From Octopus vulgaris (lineage: Eukaryota), in NCBI GenBank assembly GCA_951406725.2, contig OX597819.1, positions 44,206,001 to 44,270,000 of the forward strand: a DNA stretch of 64,000 nt, written 5' to 3'. A program made the translations under genes and the position numbers. Of this stretch, positions 28,579-42,056 are shown piece by piece (within the stretch, counting starts at the first letter, position 1; every line of letters starts with the position of its first letter). The notes under the pieces were generated by a model. It saw only the letters and a list, made by a program, of their open reading frames with translations, was not told the origin of the DNA and ran no database searches.

Positions 28579-30712
28579 TATATATATAGATAGATAGATA
28601 TACATATATATATATACATACATACATACATACGTACATATATATATATATATATGTGTGTGTGTATGTATTATGTTTGTATGTGTATCATATAGAGTTA
28701 TTCTTGTGCATACATATGCTGCATACACATATACTTAGGAGAAAGGAAAACACTCGCATACACTCACACGTATACATTTATGAATGTATGTTCATTTTGT
28801 ACATATATGGATGCTACTATGTATATATAAATAGATACATATATACAACTCATATATATACACACACAATACACACAATACATATAGATACACATGCATT
28901 CGTACAAACACAGATAGACACTCACACGCTCATTGCAGATAGATGGATAAATAGACATATAGATAAATAAATTGATAGACAGACAGACAGAAAGACATTT
29001 GCGTGCATGCTTAAAATCTATACACACTTCCAAAGACAAACTATATACTACAGAGATGGAGATGAAGAACTGCGATAGCATAGTTGAATGATCGTACATG
29101 TACGGCGAATGGAAAAGGATAGGTTACATACAGCTTTTAATTTACATTTTCAAAGCTCACATATTTGGCACTAAGTAATTGCATTTACATATTTTAAAAG
29201 CAACAGATAAGAAGCCCAGTTTAAACGTAATGCATTATTTACTAGGCAGTCAGTCATCAATGGAGGTGATGTTTGAATTTCCGCTCATCGCTTCCGCCTT
29301 GTAACTTGTTGGCCGCCATTACCTGTGTACGCTCACTCGCTGATGTGAGGAGTTTGGTAGTCGTGGTGTCGTGGTGGCGATGATGGCAGAGGAAGATCTT
29401 CCTCGTTGGCACTACGTCTGATCTTTAAACTGATATCTATCTTTATATAGGTGTATGTATATGTATATATATATATATATATATAAATACCCCCCCACAC
29501 ACACGCACACGCACACATATATAAACGCATAAAGACGACACACATTTGCAAGTATTTATATATATACATATTTACATATTATACCTACACACATATATAC
29601 ATATATACGTACGTACATCCATAGTTATGCACAACACGCACATATATAGATGTTAGTGTGTGTGTGTATGTGTATTTGTTTGTGTGTGTATACGTGTGTG
29701 TGCTCCGGTGTGCGTGCATCCGTGTTTGTAGGTTCGTGGATATGTGCACGTTTGAGTAGGACTGTATTACTATCACACACACACACATATATAGATATGT
29801 TTATATAAATATATACCCACATATACATATGCATACATGCATTTACACAAACACAGCCATATACACATAGATATGCATGTAAGTACACACACACGCGCAT
29901 ACACACACACATACATATATATACACACGCACGCACACATTCATACAGAGAAGCTAAGTTGATTGAGTGCTTTGTCAACTACTGTTTACCGAGGATTTTA
30001 TGGTGCAGATTTATTAAACTGGCTTTTCAAATCCCTACAGAATTGGCAATAAATGGTGACAGAATTACAATCACACGCTGCGAGCAAGCAGCGCCTTCTT
30101 GGAGAGCCCAATCCACGATTCATGAATCTTGTCTGGAAACAACGTGCATGCGTTGCTGTTAAAATCAACTGAAAGATTCGCGCTGTGTGTTAACTTGTTT
30201 CTGCGACAGTAGTCTGGTCCCCCTCTTTGCTTTACATGGCGTTATCGTGCTAGCATAAAATCTAAGTTTAAACCAGTAAAAATCCACTGTGCTATGATTT
30301 GCAGGTTTCGGAGAATCCCATTGTTCGTATGACGCGGTTAAATAGCCTCCAGAGTGAAAGGAAATGGAGACTATTTCCAGTAAAGCTACAGAGGTGATAG
30401 ATACTACACAGGAGATAGAAGAGATTATAAATTTGGTCTAGAATAAACAGGCTGGACTGGGATGGATACAGGGGTGGATAAAAAATACATACTAGTATAG
30501 GGTGGGTGGTTAGTGAAAATGTGGGAGCGTTGGATGTAACGCCTTGTGGTAACTGTTGCGACTCTGTACGTTCCGAGTTCAAATCCCAGCTCGTCACTGA
30601 GAAAGCTGATACCTTTGCCAAATGAGTTTCTACCGAGAGCTAATGTCAGTAATTTGAAAAATAAATAATATAGTTTCCTTGGTTTGCTCGGAAGACTGAC
30701 TGTCCCCCCCCA

Positions 30713-30757
<45 letters not shown>

Positions 30758-30912
30758 TATCACCACTGGACTTACGTACAAGTACTTCCAATAATGTAGA
30801 AAAGTAAGGAAAATCTTCCAACGCGTTGTATGTTTCAAAGGTGCATAGAACTACTCTCGGCTTATACGGTGAAAGTATGGGATAAACATATGACTAGTAC
30901 AAAATGATAATA

Positions 30913-31174
30913 TAGCAATACCTCGATTATCGCGGGTGTTACGTTCTAAAACCTCACGCAATAGGTGAAAATCCGCGAAGTAGAAACAGTACTGTACTTA
31001 AATCCTTTAAAATGTTTTAGCCCGAAGGCCGCGGCCATGCTGGGGCACTATAATTTCTATATATTTATTTTATAAATGCAAAACAACACCACGGAGGAAT
31101 CGACGTAAGCTTAAATAATAAACCGCTGTAAGTGAACCGCGATAGGTGAACCGCGATATGGCGAGGGATTACTG
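30913..31174. mobile_element. Tigger/pogo-like MITE
   Basis: TA-tagcaatacctcg...cgagggattactg-TA. It contains a short SINE-tail insertion at ~31000-31050. Confidence 0.75.
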
Positions 31175-31193
31175 TAATGATAATAATTATATA

Positions 31194-32240
31194 AGGCGAC
31201 GAGTTGGCAGAATCGTTAGCACGCCGAGAAAAGTACTTAGCGACATTTTGTCTGTCTACGTTCTGAGTTCAAATTCTGCCGAGGTCAACTTTACTTCTCA
31301 TCTTTTGTGGTCGATAAAATAAGTACCAGTTGAGCACTAGGATCAATATAATCGCCTTACCTCTCCCCCGAAATTGCTGGCCTTAAGCCAAAATTTGAAA
31401 ACCAACAATAAGAGTTCTAATTATGGCTCAAAGCCAGCTGTTTTTTAATGGAAGTGGGTATTAACTTATCATCGACTCTCGTACTTGATTGGTACTTTAT
31501 ATTATTGACCTGGGAAAATGAAAAGCAACGTCAAATTCTGCCGAAGTCATCGCTTTTCATCCTTCCAGAATCGATACGATATAGCACCAATCATGCACTA
31601 GGTTTGATAGTAATGAGTTAACCCATTCCCCTCATAACTGCTGGCCTTGTGCCAAAATAAGAAAGATTCATTATTGTTATTAATTGTGTTTAAGGCGGCA
31701 AGCTGGCAGAATCGTTAGCGCGCTGGATGAAATGCTTAGCGGTACGTTCTGAGTTCAAATTCCACCGAGGTCGACTTTACCTTTCATCTTCTCGGAGTCG
31801 ATAAAATAAGTACCATTTAAACACTGGGGTCTATGTAATCGACTCATCCCCTACCCCAAAATTGCTGCCCTTGTGGCAAAATTTGAAACTATTATTAACT
31901 GTGCTTTCACCGGAGAAAATGCTAAGCGGCATTTCGTTTGTCTTTACGTTCAAATTCCACCGAATTCGACTTTGCCATTCATCCTTTCGCGGTCGATAAA
32001 ATAAGTAACAGTTGAGCACTGGGTTCCATTTGAACGACTAGCCACATACTTGAAATTGCTGGACTTATGCCAGAATTTTAAACCATTATTAATAGCGTTT
32101 CTGCGAGGCAAAATGTTTAGCTGCATTTCGTCTGTCTTTATGTTCTGAGTTCAAATTCCACCGAGGTCTACTTTGCCTTTCATCTTTTCGGGGTCGATAG
32201 AATTAGTACCAGTTTAAAACTGGGGTTGCTATAATCGACA
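31194..32240 (+). mobile_element. Array of ~5 family C SINE copies and fragments
   Basis: Repeated 'gttc(tgagttc)aaattc..ccga' and 'gtcgata' + 'agta.ca' units at ~31.2, 31.5, 31.7, 31.9 and 32.1 kb. Confidence 0.8.
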
Positions 32241-32596
32241 ATCTCTTCACATCCACTATAGTTGAAAAGATTATTAATAACTAGCTGGCTCAGTGCCGTC
32301 AGAAATGACGGCTAATTGTTGTATTTTATATATAAATATGGATTGTTATTCAAATTAATACACTTGTCAATGTTATCTAGTGGTTGTCTATTGAGATGTG
32401 ACATCGATCATTCTTTGATACCGAAAGAAAGCTGGTTTAAACTTACAAACATTCACACACTTCCCTTGTACACGAACGCACATACACACACATATACTCT
32501 CACAGAGTTGAAACGCTGTTTGATTTTTCTTTTCAGCGTTGAATTTTCCCCATCCTACTTCCATTGCACACACACACACGCACGCACATACACACA

Positions 32597-32661
<65 letters not shown>

Positions 32662-32852
32662 ACTCACACACACACAAACATTCACATACCTCCCTTTTAC
32701 ATACCCATACATATTCTCACACAGAGTTGAAACGCCCCCATTACCAGTTTGCCATCACCCCTTCCTTCTTTATTCATCTACCACCCCTTCCTTTCTCATT
32801 TTCTCATTCATATGTTGTGATGGAGAAAAACGCAAGAGTATTATTATAGTAG

Positions 32853-33162
32853 TAGAGGCACATGGCCTAGTGGTTAGAGCAGCGGACTCGCGGTCGAGGG
32901 ATCGCAGGTTCGAATCTCAGACTGTGTGATGTGTGTGTTTATGAGCGAAACACCTAAGCTCCACGTGGCTCCAGCAGAAGGTAATGGCGAACTTCTGCTG
33001 ACTCTTTCGCCACAACTTTCTCTCGCTCTTTCTTCCTGCATCTTGCAGCTCACCTGCGACGGACCGGTGTCCCGTCCAGGCGAGGAACTTATACGTCAAG
33101 GAAACCGGCAAACCGGCAAACCGGCCCTTATGAGCCAGGCGTGGCTCGAGAAGGAACAAACA
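32853..33162 (+). mobile_element. Intact tRNA(Arg)-like SINE with 13-bp TSD
   Basis: A box TGGCCTAGTGG and B box GGTTCGAATC. TSD ATTATTATAGTAG at 32840-32852 and 33163-33175. Confidence 0.88.
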
Positions 33163-33349
33163 ATTATTATAGTAGATGCTTTCTGCTTAACGCATAATGC
33201 CAACAAGTTTGAGGATCAGTCGAAACTATTGACCCCAGTACTACATTGGTGTTTAATTCATTGACCCCAGAATAGTGAAAGGAAAACTTGACCCCGTATG
33301 TATTTGAACTCTGAATGTAAAGACCCCAAAATTATGATGATAATAATAA

Positions 33350-33550
33350 TGGTTTCTGATTTAGGCACAAGATCAGCGACTATGGTGGTTGGGAGGTGCG
33401 GTAGTTGATCATGTTGGCTTCAGTGTTGACTGGTAATTATTTTCCCGACCCTGAAATGATGAAATGCAAAGGCGAACTTAGCGGAATTTGAACTCAGAAC
33501 GTAAAGAAATACCGCTAAGCAATTTGTCGGGTGTGCTAACGATTCTACCA
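33350..33550 (-). mobile_element. Family C SINE (decayed)
   Basis: 'gcggaatttgaactcagaacgtaaag...gctaacgattctaccag', as in 14150-14362. Confidence 0.7.
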
Positions 33551-33698
33551 GAAAATACACAAACTGTCTATAGGAACTAGAACAATATCAAGATGTCCAA
33601 AATTCTTCAAAATTGCCTAAATACATAATCTATTTATAAAACTATTAAAGGAATGGATGAGAACGTGAGAGAGCGCGAAAAACAAGAGAGGGAGAGAT

Positions 33699-33733
<35 letters not shown>

Positions 33734-34332
33734 TGAAAGAGGCAGTATCCCTCTCCTTTACCGCGCACCAGCAATATTGAATATCAATGTCTGCTTAGGC
33801 TTAATGTTGGACGATGAAAAACTAGCATAGATTAAGCAGGTTGTGAACATGGATTGTAAGCGTATCTCTGGTGCTCAACGAGAAATTAGCGAATGCTATC
33901 AGCAAACACACATGATATCTCTGTTGGAATATTTTCGACACGGATGTAATAAAACACTAACCAGCAACTCCAGGGACATACATACATACACACAAACTTA
34001 TATATATATATATATATGAATGTATATAATATATATGTATACACACACATATACATATATAAATATGTGAATCTATATACATATATGTATATATGTATAT
34101 GTAAATGCATATAAATGTAATATAGGTATATCTATCTATTTGTCTGTCTCCCTGTGTGCCTGCCTGTCTAGCTGACTGTCTACCTGCCTGTCTGTTTACC
34201 TACCTACCTACCTACCTACCTACCTACCTACCTACCTACCTACCTACCTACCTACCAACCTTCCTATCTATCTATCGATCTATCTTTCTCCCTCTCTCTA
34301 TTACTTTCTCTCTTTATATATATATATCGATA

Positions 34333-34366
<34 letters not shown>

Positions 34367-34371
34367 TAGAT

Positions 34372-34444
<73 letters not shown>

Positions 34445-34561
34445 CATACATACATACATACATACATACATACATTTATATATATGTGTACATATATGTT
34501 TGTATGAGTGTATGTATGTACGTATGTACAAATGAATGTATGTTTATATATATATATATAT

Positions 34562-34980
34562 CATGGAACAAAAATGGCGTACAGGACAATAAAATATTCG
34601 GACAGATGGACTATACAAATCGGACAGGTAAACGAACAATTAGAAGGACAGGCAAAAAAAAAAAAAATAAAAGATGTGTCATTCTTCGTCTTCTTTCCTC
34701 AGTCAAGTTACCAGAAGTCCTTACTGTTTCGGGCAGTTAAACTTGAGACAGTTCGATCAGGTTGCACCCCAAAATGTCTAAGCTAAGAGCATTAGATTAT
34801 TTTTTGTAAGAAAGCTAACGAATGTGTATGGCGACAGAAACAAAAAACGGTGAACATGGTGCAACACTACAAATACAAACAACAAGAATATAACAACAAG
34901 TGTCTTCCGACTGAGAACGAATCAAATTGGACTGGGGTGTATGAAGTGAAAGCCTAAGTGCAGGAACATAGGAGACGGAC
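34562..34980 (-). mobile_element. Short non-coding element in (TA)n (family D) carrying a rearranged hammerhead-like motif
   Basis: About 420 bp bounded by (TA)n on both sides, with a related truncated copy at 58065-58245. Confidence 0.6.
34696..34752 (-). ncRNA. Putative non-circularly permuted hammerhead ribozyme
   Basis: Reverse complement ACTGT-C-TCAAGTT-taactgccc-GAA-ACAGT-aaggacttctggt-AACTTGA-CTGAGGA. It shows a GUC site, a perfect 7-bp stem I, CUGANGA, and GAAA plus a 5-bp stem III partner inside loop I. No clear stem II. Confidence 0.5.
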
Positions 34981-34992
34981 ATATATATAAAT

Positions 34993-35084
<92 letters not shown>

Positions 35085-35173
35085 AATCCAAACGGGAAAA
35101 CAAAAAAACAACAACAGTGGAACAATTACAGTATTATTATTAATAGGCGCTCAGGAAATATGGAAGCAGGAAG

Positions 35174-35208
35174 GTATGACGTTTCGAGCGGAGCTCTTCG
35201 TCGGAAAT
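35174..35208 (-). ncRNA. Minimal hammerhead variant in the Neptune pLTR (U4C core, weak stem I)
   Basis: Reverse complement attt-CCGACGA-a-GAGC(tcc)GCTC-GAAA-cg-TC-atac. Stem II is identical to that of 5201-5235. Confidence 0.6.
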
Positions 35209-35659
35209 ATAAAGAAGGAAGAGAGAGGAAAGAAAGATCCCAAAGCGGGCAACAGGAGATGGAGAAAAAACGACTGGTGTTTACGAAGTACACATGGTGA
35301 AAGGCGTATGTAGCGTGCCAGCGTGTGTTGAGTAGTAGTGTGTGTGTGTGTCCAGTGTCGTGGTAGTATTAATGGCGAGTAGATTGAATGTGTGTAAGCG
35401 TAATGTATATATTTAAGCAATGTGTGTGTGTGAGTGGGTGTGTGTATGTGTGCGCGTGTGTGTAACAAAAAAGGGGGGGGGGTTAAGGAAAAAGGACTCC
35501 AGCTGAGGGGAAGATGGAAGAGTGGTCCCGCGGAGACGGGCGTGGGAGAACCCAACGACAGGCTACGGTCCCAGGAACGAGCGGGAGGTCTCGTCGGGTC
35601 CAAGAGCGAGGTGCATGCAGCGCGTATGCGTGCGCGAACCGGCGCAAGCGCGTGTGTGC

Positions 35660-37410
35660 GCGCGCCTGCGAGTATGCGCGTAAGTATGTATGTGTGTGGA
35701 TGTGTGAGTGTGTCTGTGTGTATGTCTGGGTGTCAGTGTGTCCGATGAATGTATGTGAGTATGTGTGTATATATGTGTGTGCATAGATGTATGTCCGTGT
35801 GTGTGTGTATGTGTATGAGTGTGTATGTATGTACGTGTGGGTGTGTGGAAGTGTGTGTATGTGCATGTGTGTGCGCGTACATACAGGTGTGTGAGTGAGT
35901 GTGTGTGTATGTATGTGTGAGTGTGTATGTATGTGTGTGTAGGATGCATGTATGTGTATGGGTGTATGTATGTGTGTGTGTATGTATGTATGTGTACGTG
36001 CGTGTGTGTGTGTGTATGCGTGTAGGTGTGCGCGTGTGCATGCATGCATGCATGTGCGTATGTGTGTGTGTGTGCATGTGTGTGGGTATATATGTATGTG
36101 CGTATATGTGTGTGTATGTGCGTACATGTGTGTGTGTGTATGCATGTGTGTGTATGTAGGTGTGTAGGCGTGTGTGTATAGGTGTATGTATGTAAGTATG
36201 TATGGGTGTGTCCGTGTATGTGTGTGTATGTATGTGTGTGTATGTAGGTGTGTGGGCGTGTGTATATAGGTGTATGTATGTATGTCTGGGTGTGTCCGTG
36301 CATGTTTGTGTGTGTGTGTGTATGCATGTGTATGTAGGTGTGTGTGTACGTGTGTAATGTATGTGTGTATGCGTGTGTGTGCGTGTGTATGCGTGCGTGT
36401 GTGTATGTAGGTGCGTATGTATGTGTGTGGGAGTGTAGGTGTGTGTGTGCGTGTGCGTGTTTATGTTGGTGTGTGCGTATGTGAGTGTGAGTGTATGGGT
36501 GTTTGTCATGCATGTGTGTGCGCGTGCAGGCGAGTGTGTGTGTAAGTATGTGTGTGTGTATGTTTGTGTGAGTGTGTATGTGTGTATGTCTGTGTGTATG
36601 TATGTGCGTATAGGAGTATGTAGGTATGTGTGTGTATGTGTATGGGTGTATGTATGTATGTATGTGTGTGTGTGCATGTGTATAAGTATATGTGTGTGTG
36701 CGTATGTGTGTGTATGTGTATGTGTGTGTGTTTATGTATGTGTGTATGTATGTGTGTAGGCGTGTGTGTGTAGATGTATGTATGTATGGGTGTGTGTCTG
36801 TGTGTGTTTGTGTGTGTGTGTAGGTATGTGTGTGTGTCTGAGTGAGAGTATGGCTGTGTAGGTGTGTGTGTGTATGAATGTAAGTGTGTGTGTGTACAAG
36901 TGTAATGTATGTATGTAGGTGTGTGTGTGTGTGTGTATGTGTACGTGTGCGTGTGTATGTGTGTGTGTGTATGCGTGTGAGTGTGAGTGTATGGGTGTAT
37001 GTCTGTGTGTGTGTATGTCTGAAGTAGGTATGTGTGTGTATGTCTGAAGTAGGTATGTGTGTGTATGTATGTATGTGTGTGCCTACATGTATGTGTGCAT
37101 GTGTGTGTGTGTGAAGTATGTACGTGCGGTGTGTGTGTGTGAGTGTGTGTGTATGTATGTGCGTATGTATGTGTGTATGTATGTGTGTATGTATGTCTGT
37201 GTGTGTGTGTGTGTGTGTAAGTATGTATGTGTGTGTGTGTATGTATGTGTGTGTGTATGTGCATGTTGGTTTGTATGTTAGTGTGTGCATGTATGTCTAT
37301 AAGTGTGTGTGATTAAATGTGTGAATGTATGTACGTAGATGGGTCTATGTATGTGTGTGTGTGAACAGGCGTGTGGGAGGTAGGTAGGTGTGTGTGTGTG
37401 TGTGGGTGGT
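35660..37410. repeat. ~1.75 kb scrambled (TG)/(TATG)/(TAGG) low-complexity tract between the PLE ORF and its pLTR
   Basis: Directly visible. It generates the spurious 575-aa H/T-rich ORF. Confidence 0.95.
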
Positions 37411-37450
37411 GTATCCGGGAAACAAAAAAAAAAAAAAAGAGAAGCGGACC

Positions 37451-38574
37451 TCAAGAGGAGGGGGCTGTGTTAAGTCCGTGTGGGGTAGTAGTTTGTAGGG
37501 TGAAGATGTAGCGTTGCTCCAAGTGGAGCCTGGAAAGTGGGCGACCATTGTGGGGGGCGAGACCAAACACTGAGATGTCATCTAGGGAATGGCCGGCCGA
37601 GCGGAAGTGGCGTGCGACGGGAGAAAAAGAGTGTAGGCGAACGTCCCTCAAATGTTCAGTGAAACGGTCGGACAACCGGCGTCCCGTCTGTCCTACATAC
37701 AGCATCCCGCATAGGTTGCATTTAATGCAGTAAATAAGGCCAGACGAGGTGCACGTAAAAGAGTGCCTAATGCGTACAGTATGCTGGTTGGAGCCGGTGA
37801 CAGCGGTGGTGTTGGTGATGAAGGGGCAAGTGTTGCAGCGGGATCTAGAGCAAGGGAATGATCCGTGTGGGGCTGAGGGGGAAGGAGAGAGGGTGCTGTG
37901 GACCAGGAGGTCACGCAGATTGCGGGCTCGTTTGAAGGAGGACAGGGGTGGGTTAGGGAAAATGGGGCGGGTGGTGGGATCAAGCTGGAGGCGACGGAAG
38001 GCACGTAGTATCTTGCGACGAAGGGGTAGGGTAGAGGGGTGGAAAAGGAGGGGGAAGGGGGTGCGGTTGGGGGGTGGGCGGGGGAAGGAGACAGGGCGGT
38101 AGTGCGGTCGATGCGACGGGCGCGGGTGAGGGCATCAGAGAGGAGTATGGGTGGGTAACCTCGGAGTCTGAACATGCGGGCCAGGTATTGAGATTGGGTC
38201 TCGAAATCCTGGTCGCGGCTGCACAAACGTCGGAGGCGGAGGAACTGGGAGTAGGGGATGGCTCGTTTGGTGTGGAAGGGGTGGGAGGAAGAGAAGTTGA
38301 GATAGAGGTGGGAATCCGTATGTTTAAAGAAGGCGGTGGTGGTGAGAGAGTTGGAGGGGTGATCGATGCGGAGAGAGATGTCAAGGAAGTTGACAGAGGT
38401 GTTGGAGATGGTGGAGGTGAATTGAAGAGAGGGGTGAAAGTTGGAAATGAAAGAGATGAATTGGCAGAGAAGTTCACGGGAAAGGGAGGTGGTACCTACG
38501 CAGTCGTCGATATAGCGACCGTATAGTTCGGGGGTCGGCCCAGAGAACTGGGAGAACACTTGGGCCTCAATGTA
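37451..38574 (-). pseudogene. PLE polyprotein fragment: RT (YGRYIDD) + thumb + Cys-rich linker + GIY-YIG endonuclease
   Basis: [41 protein letters not shown]. After one frameshift in a G/C run (~38075-38090) the frame is open through CSRSRCNTC, LIYCIKCNLCGMLYVGQTGRRLSDRFTEH, VARHF and LEQRYI..GLN to the stop at 37451. Confidence 0.95.
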
Positions 38575-38579
38575 ATACA

Positions 38580-38612
<33 letters not shown>

Positions 38613-38624
38613 GCATATGTATAC

Positions 38625-38662
<38 letters not shown>

Positions 38663-38842
38663 CAAACTACAAACTACGTATATACTGGGCGAATTTGAGC
38701 GCTCAATTTTAAATTTAAAATCATATATACCCAAACGCGCGCGCTCACACACACACATACACACACACATGTATATATACATATACACACGCACTTATAT
38801 ACCCATAGACATCGTTTGTTCATCTATCTGCCTATCTATCTA

Positions 38843-39036
38843 CAAGGGGGGGGGGGGCTGAAAACATCCTGTTTTTACGTGTACTGCGAAAGCCTGTGTT
38901 GGGGCCCAATCTTCCAAGTTCTTTTACAGGGCTTAGTAAAACTGAAGAATCGCTGCAATAAGCGTGTGAATGTGAGAGGGGAATATGTTGAAGCTAATTA
39001 ACCGATCCTCCTGTATGTTCTTTAATTCAGTCCCAC

Positions 39037-39037
<1 letters not shown>
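38843..39037 (+). mobile_element. Mariner-derived MITE
   Basis: QGLVKLKNRCNKRVNVRGEYVE, homologous to 21008-21225. Confidence 0.7.
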
Positions 39038-39114
<77 letters not shown>

Positions 39115-39944
39115 GCTCTTATGCATCTTTATGAAGACGCTTCACTGTAAAAATATGCACACATACAATACATGGTTAAGTGAAACACACAGGAAAAATG
39201 TCAGACACACTCACCCACATACTTTACACTAACACACATTTGCATACATGCAAGCAGACACACACAATACATACATATATGCATACTCCCAAATAATCAG
39301 ACGCACACGCAGAGAATGATAAACGCACACATGTGTCTATATAAACATTTATGAGAATAAACACAGTTGCTCCGCTCTATATTGGAACCGTCAGTTGTAA
39401 TTTATAAATGTATTCTGTGAAGACAATCAGAGATAAGACTGTGAGAGGACTGCAACTATGGCGAACAGTGAACAAGATCGAAATAACCATACACATAGAC
39501 ATGATGTATATGAGCATTCATAAATCCCTACATGCATACATAGATACATACATACATACATACATACATACATACAAATATACGTACATGCATACATACA
39601 TACATACATACATACATACATACATACATGCATGTAGGCATGCATACATACATACATACATACATACATACATACATACATGTAGGCATGCATACATATA
39701 TACATACATACATGTAGGCATGTAGGCATGCATACATATATACATACATATATGTAGGCATGCATACATACATACATACATACATACATACATACGTACA
39801 TACATACGTACATACATACATACATACATGCAGGCATGCATATATACATACATACATACATTCATACATACATTCGTACATACACACATACATACATTCA
39901 TACATGCATTCATACATACATTCGTACATACATACTCTGAGCTT

Positions 39945-40129
39945 AGAAGAAGAAGAAGAAGAAGAAGAAGAAGAAGAAGAAGAAGAAGAAGAAGAAGAAG
40001 AAGAAGAAGAAGAAGAAGAAGAAGAAGAAGAAGAAGAAGAAGAAGAAGAAGAAGAAGAAGAAGAAGAAGAAGAAGAAGAAGAAGAAGAAGAAGAAGAAGA
40101 AGAAGAAGAAGAAAAAGAAGAAGAAGAAG
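39945..40129. repeat. (GAA)n tract, ~60 units
   Basis: Nearly perfect repeat, directly visible. Confidence 0.98.
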
Positions 40130-40945
40130 GCGGCAATGAGGACATCGATGTTGTTGATAATAAACTAATACGAGGCTAAAAAATAATTTTCCGTTCACTA
40201 AGCAAACGAAATAGTAAAGATAACGTGAGTTTTTTTCGTGTATATATATATACACACGTGTATATATTTATACACATACATGCCTACATAGATACAGACA
40301 AACTCTTCACTCACATACTCAAAGACACACAGACATATACCCCACCCATAAACACATACAAATGGATAACTACCACATATTTGTGTGTATATACACATAT
40401 ATAGATATACGTTAGTATATATATATACATTTTGTTTTCATGTACGCATATATATACGTATATATATATATCTATATATATATATTTATATTTACATGTA
40501 TATGTATGTGTTCATGTGAGTGCGTATATATGTTTATATATGTGTGTGAGATTGCTTATATAGGTGTATATATCTGTATATGTGTGAGTATTGTGATGTG
40601 TGTGTGTGTATGTGTGTGTATATGTTCGTTTGTGGGTATGTGTGTAATTTCACGTCGTACATATCATTTAATACGATATCTATCAACAGCTGCAATATGA
40701 GAATGTTGATTCAGTGTTCTGTTATTCTTCTATTCTTACACATCGCTCTAGTTTCATTCGATCAGCGTTTATGATATTAGTGAAGTTATGCAGAGTTAAG
40801 AAAATTCTAAGTGAAAGTCAGTGGTGTATATACCTATATACCCTTTCCTACACACACAGACATACACAAACACACACCAAGAAATGCACATACACATTCA
40901 CATATACATGCAAACAAACGTAGAATATGATCATTTCATAATTAC

Positions 40946-40979
<34 letters not shown>

Positions 40980-41041
40980 GCACGTACAACCATATATACA
41001 TGCATATATATATATATATATATACGCACGTACAACTATAT

Positions 41042-41080
<39 letters not shown>

Positions 41081-41244
41081 CGCGTGTGTGTGTGTGAGTT
41101 TGTGTGTATGTATGCATATATGCCCGTATATATAGTTCTTGAACACGCCGAAACTATGCGAATTCTAGTCTACATGGCTGATGAGAGGAATTTTTTTCTA
41201 ACGTTTTCTGTTAATCGTTTCCGTGTTCTACTTCTATTTTTCTT

Positions 41245-41765
41245 ACATACATACATACATACATACATACACGCATACATACATACATACATACATACAT
41301 ACACACATAAATACATACATACACACATACATACATACATACACACACACATACATACATACATACATACATACATACATACATACATACATACATACAT
41401 ACATACATACATACATACATACACGCATACATACATACATACATACATACATACATACATACATACACGCATACACACATACATACATACATACATACAT
41501 ACATGCACACATACATACATGCATACATACATGCACACATACATACATACATGCACACATACATACATACATACACACATACATACATACATACACACAT
41601 ACACACATACATACATACATACATACATACATACATGCACACATACATACATACATACATACATACATACATGCACACATACATACATACATACATACAC
41701 ACATACATACATGCATACATACATACATACATACATGCACACATACATACATACATGCACACACA

Positions 41766-41798
<33 letters not shown>

Positions 41799-42056
41799 GC
41801 ACACATACATACATACATACATGCACACATACATACATACATGCACACATACATACATACATGCACACATACATACATACATACATACACACATACATAC
41901 ATACATGCACACATACATACATACATACATACATACATACATACATACATACATACATACATACATGCACACATACATACATACATACATACATGCACAC
42001 ATACATACATACATACATACATACATACATACATACAGACAGACAGACAGACAGAC
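41245..42056. repeat. (TACA)n tract with recurring TGCACA variants
   Basis: Directly visible, about 0.8 kb. Confidence 0.97.

Larger units (their letters stand above)
35080..38574 (-). mobile_element. 5'-truncated Neptune-type Penelope-like retroelement
   Basis: RT C-half, Cys-rich linker and GIY-YIG ORF, then a long simple-repeat 3' region, then a hammerhead-bearing pLTR. (TA)n lies on both flanks. Confidence 0.88.

Noticed and set aside
31194-32240. CRISPR-like repeat-spacer appearance
   Set aside because: The units are ~200-bp diverged SINE copies in eukaryotic DNA, with no constant short repeat and no cas genes.
34696-34752. Twister or standard type II hammerhead reading of the family D motif
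   Set aside because: Twister L1/L4 pseudoknot residues are absent, and the stems required for type II do not form. Only the rearranged pairing fits.
35490-35640. Additional hammerhead or HDV fold in the GC-rich island (reverse complement contains CCGACGA)
   Set aside because: There is no GAAA/UH partner and no GG after a candidate P1', so I could not build a fold.
35563-37290. 575-aa His/Thr-rich ORF and similar long ORFs (e.g. 41000-42244, 10235-10918, 39518-40255)
   Set aside because: These are translations of CA/TACA/triplet microsatellites that lack stop codons by composition, with no domain signal.
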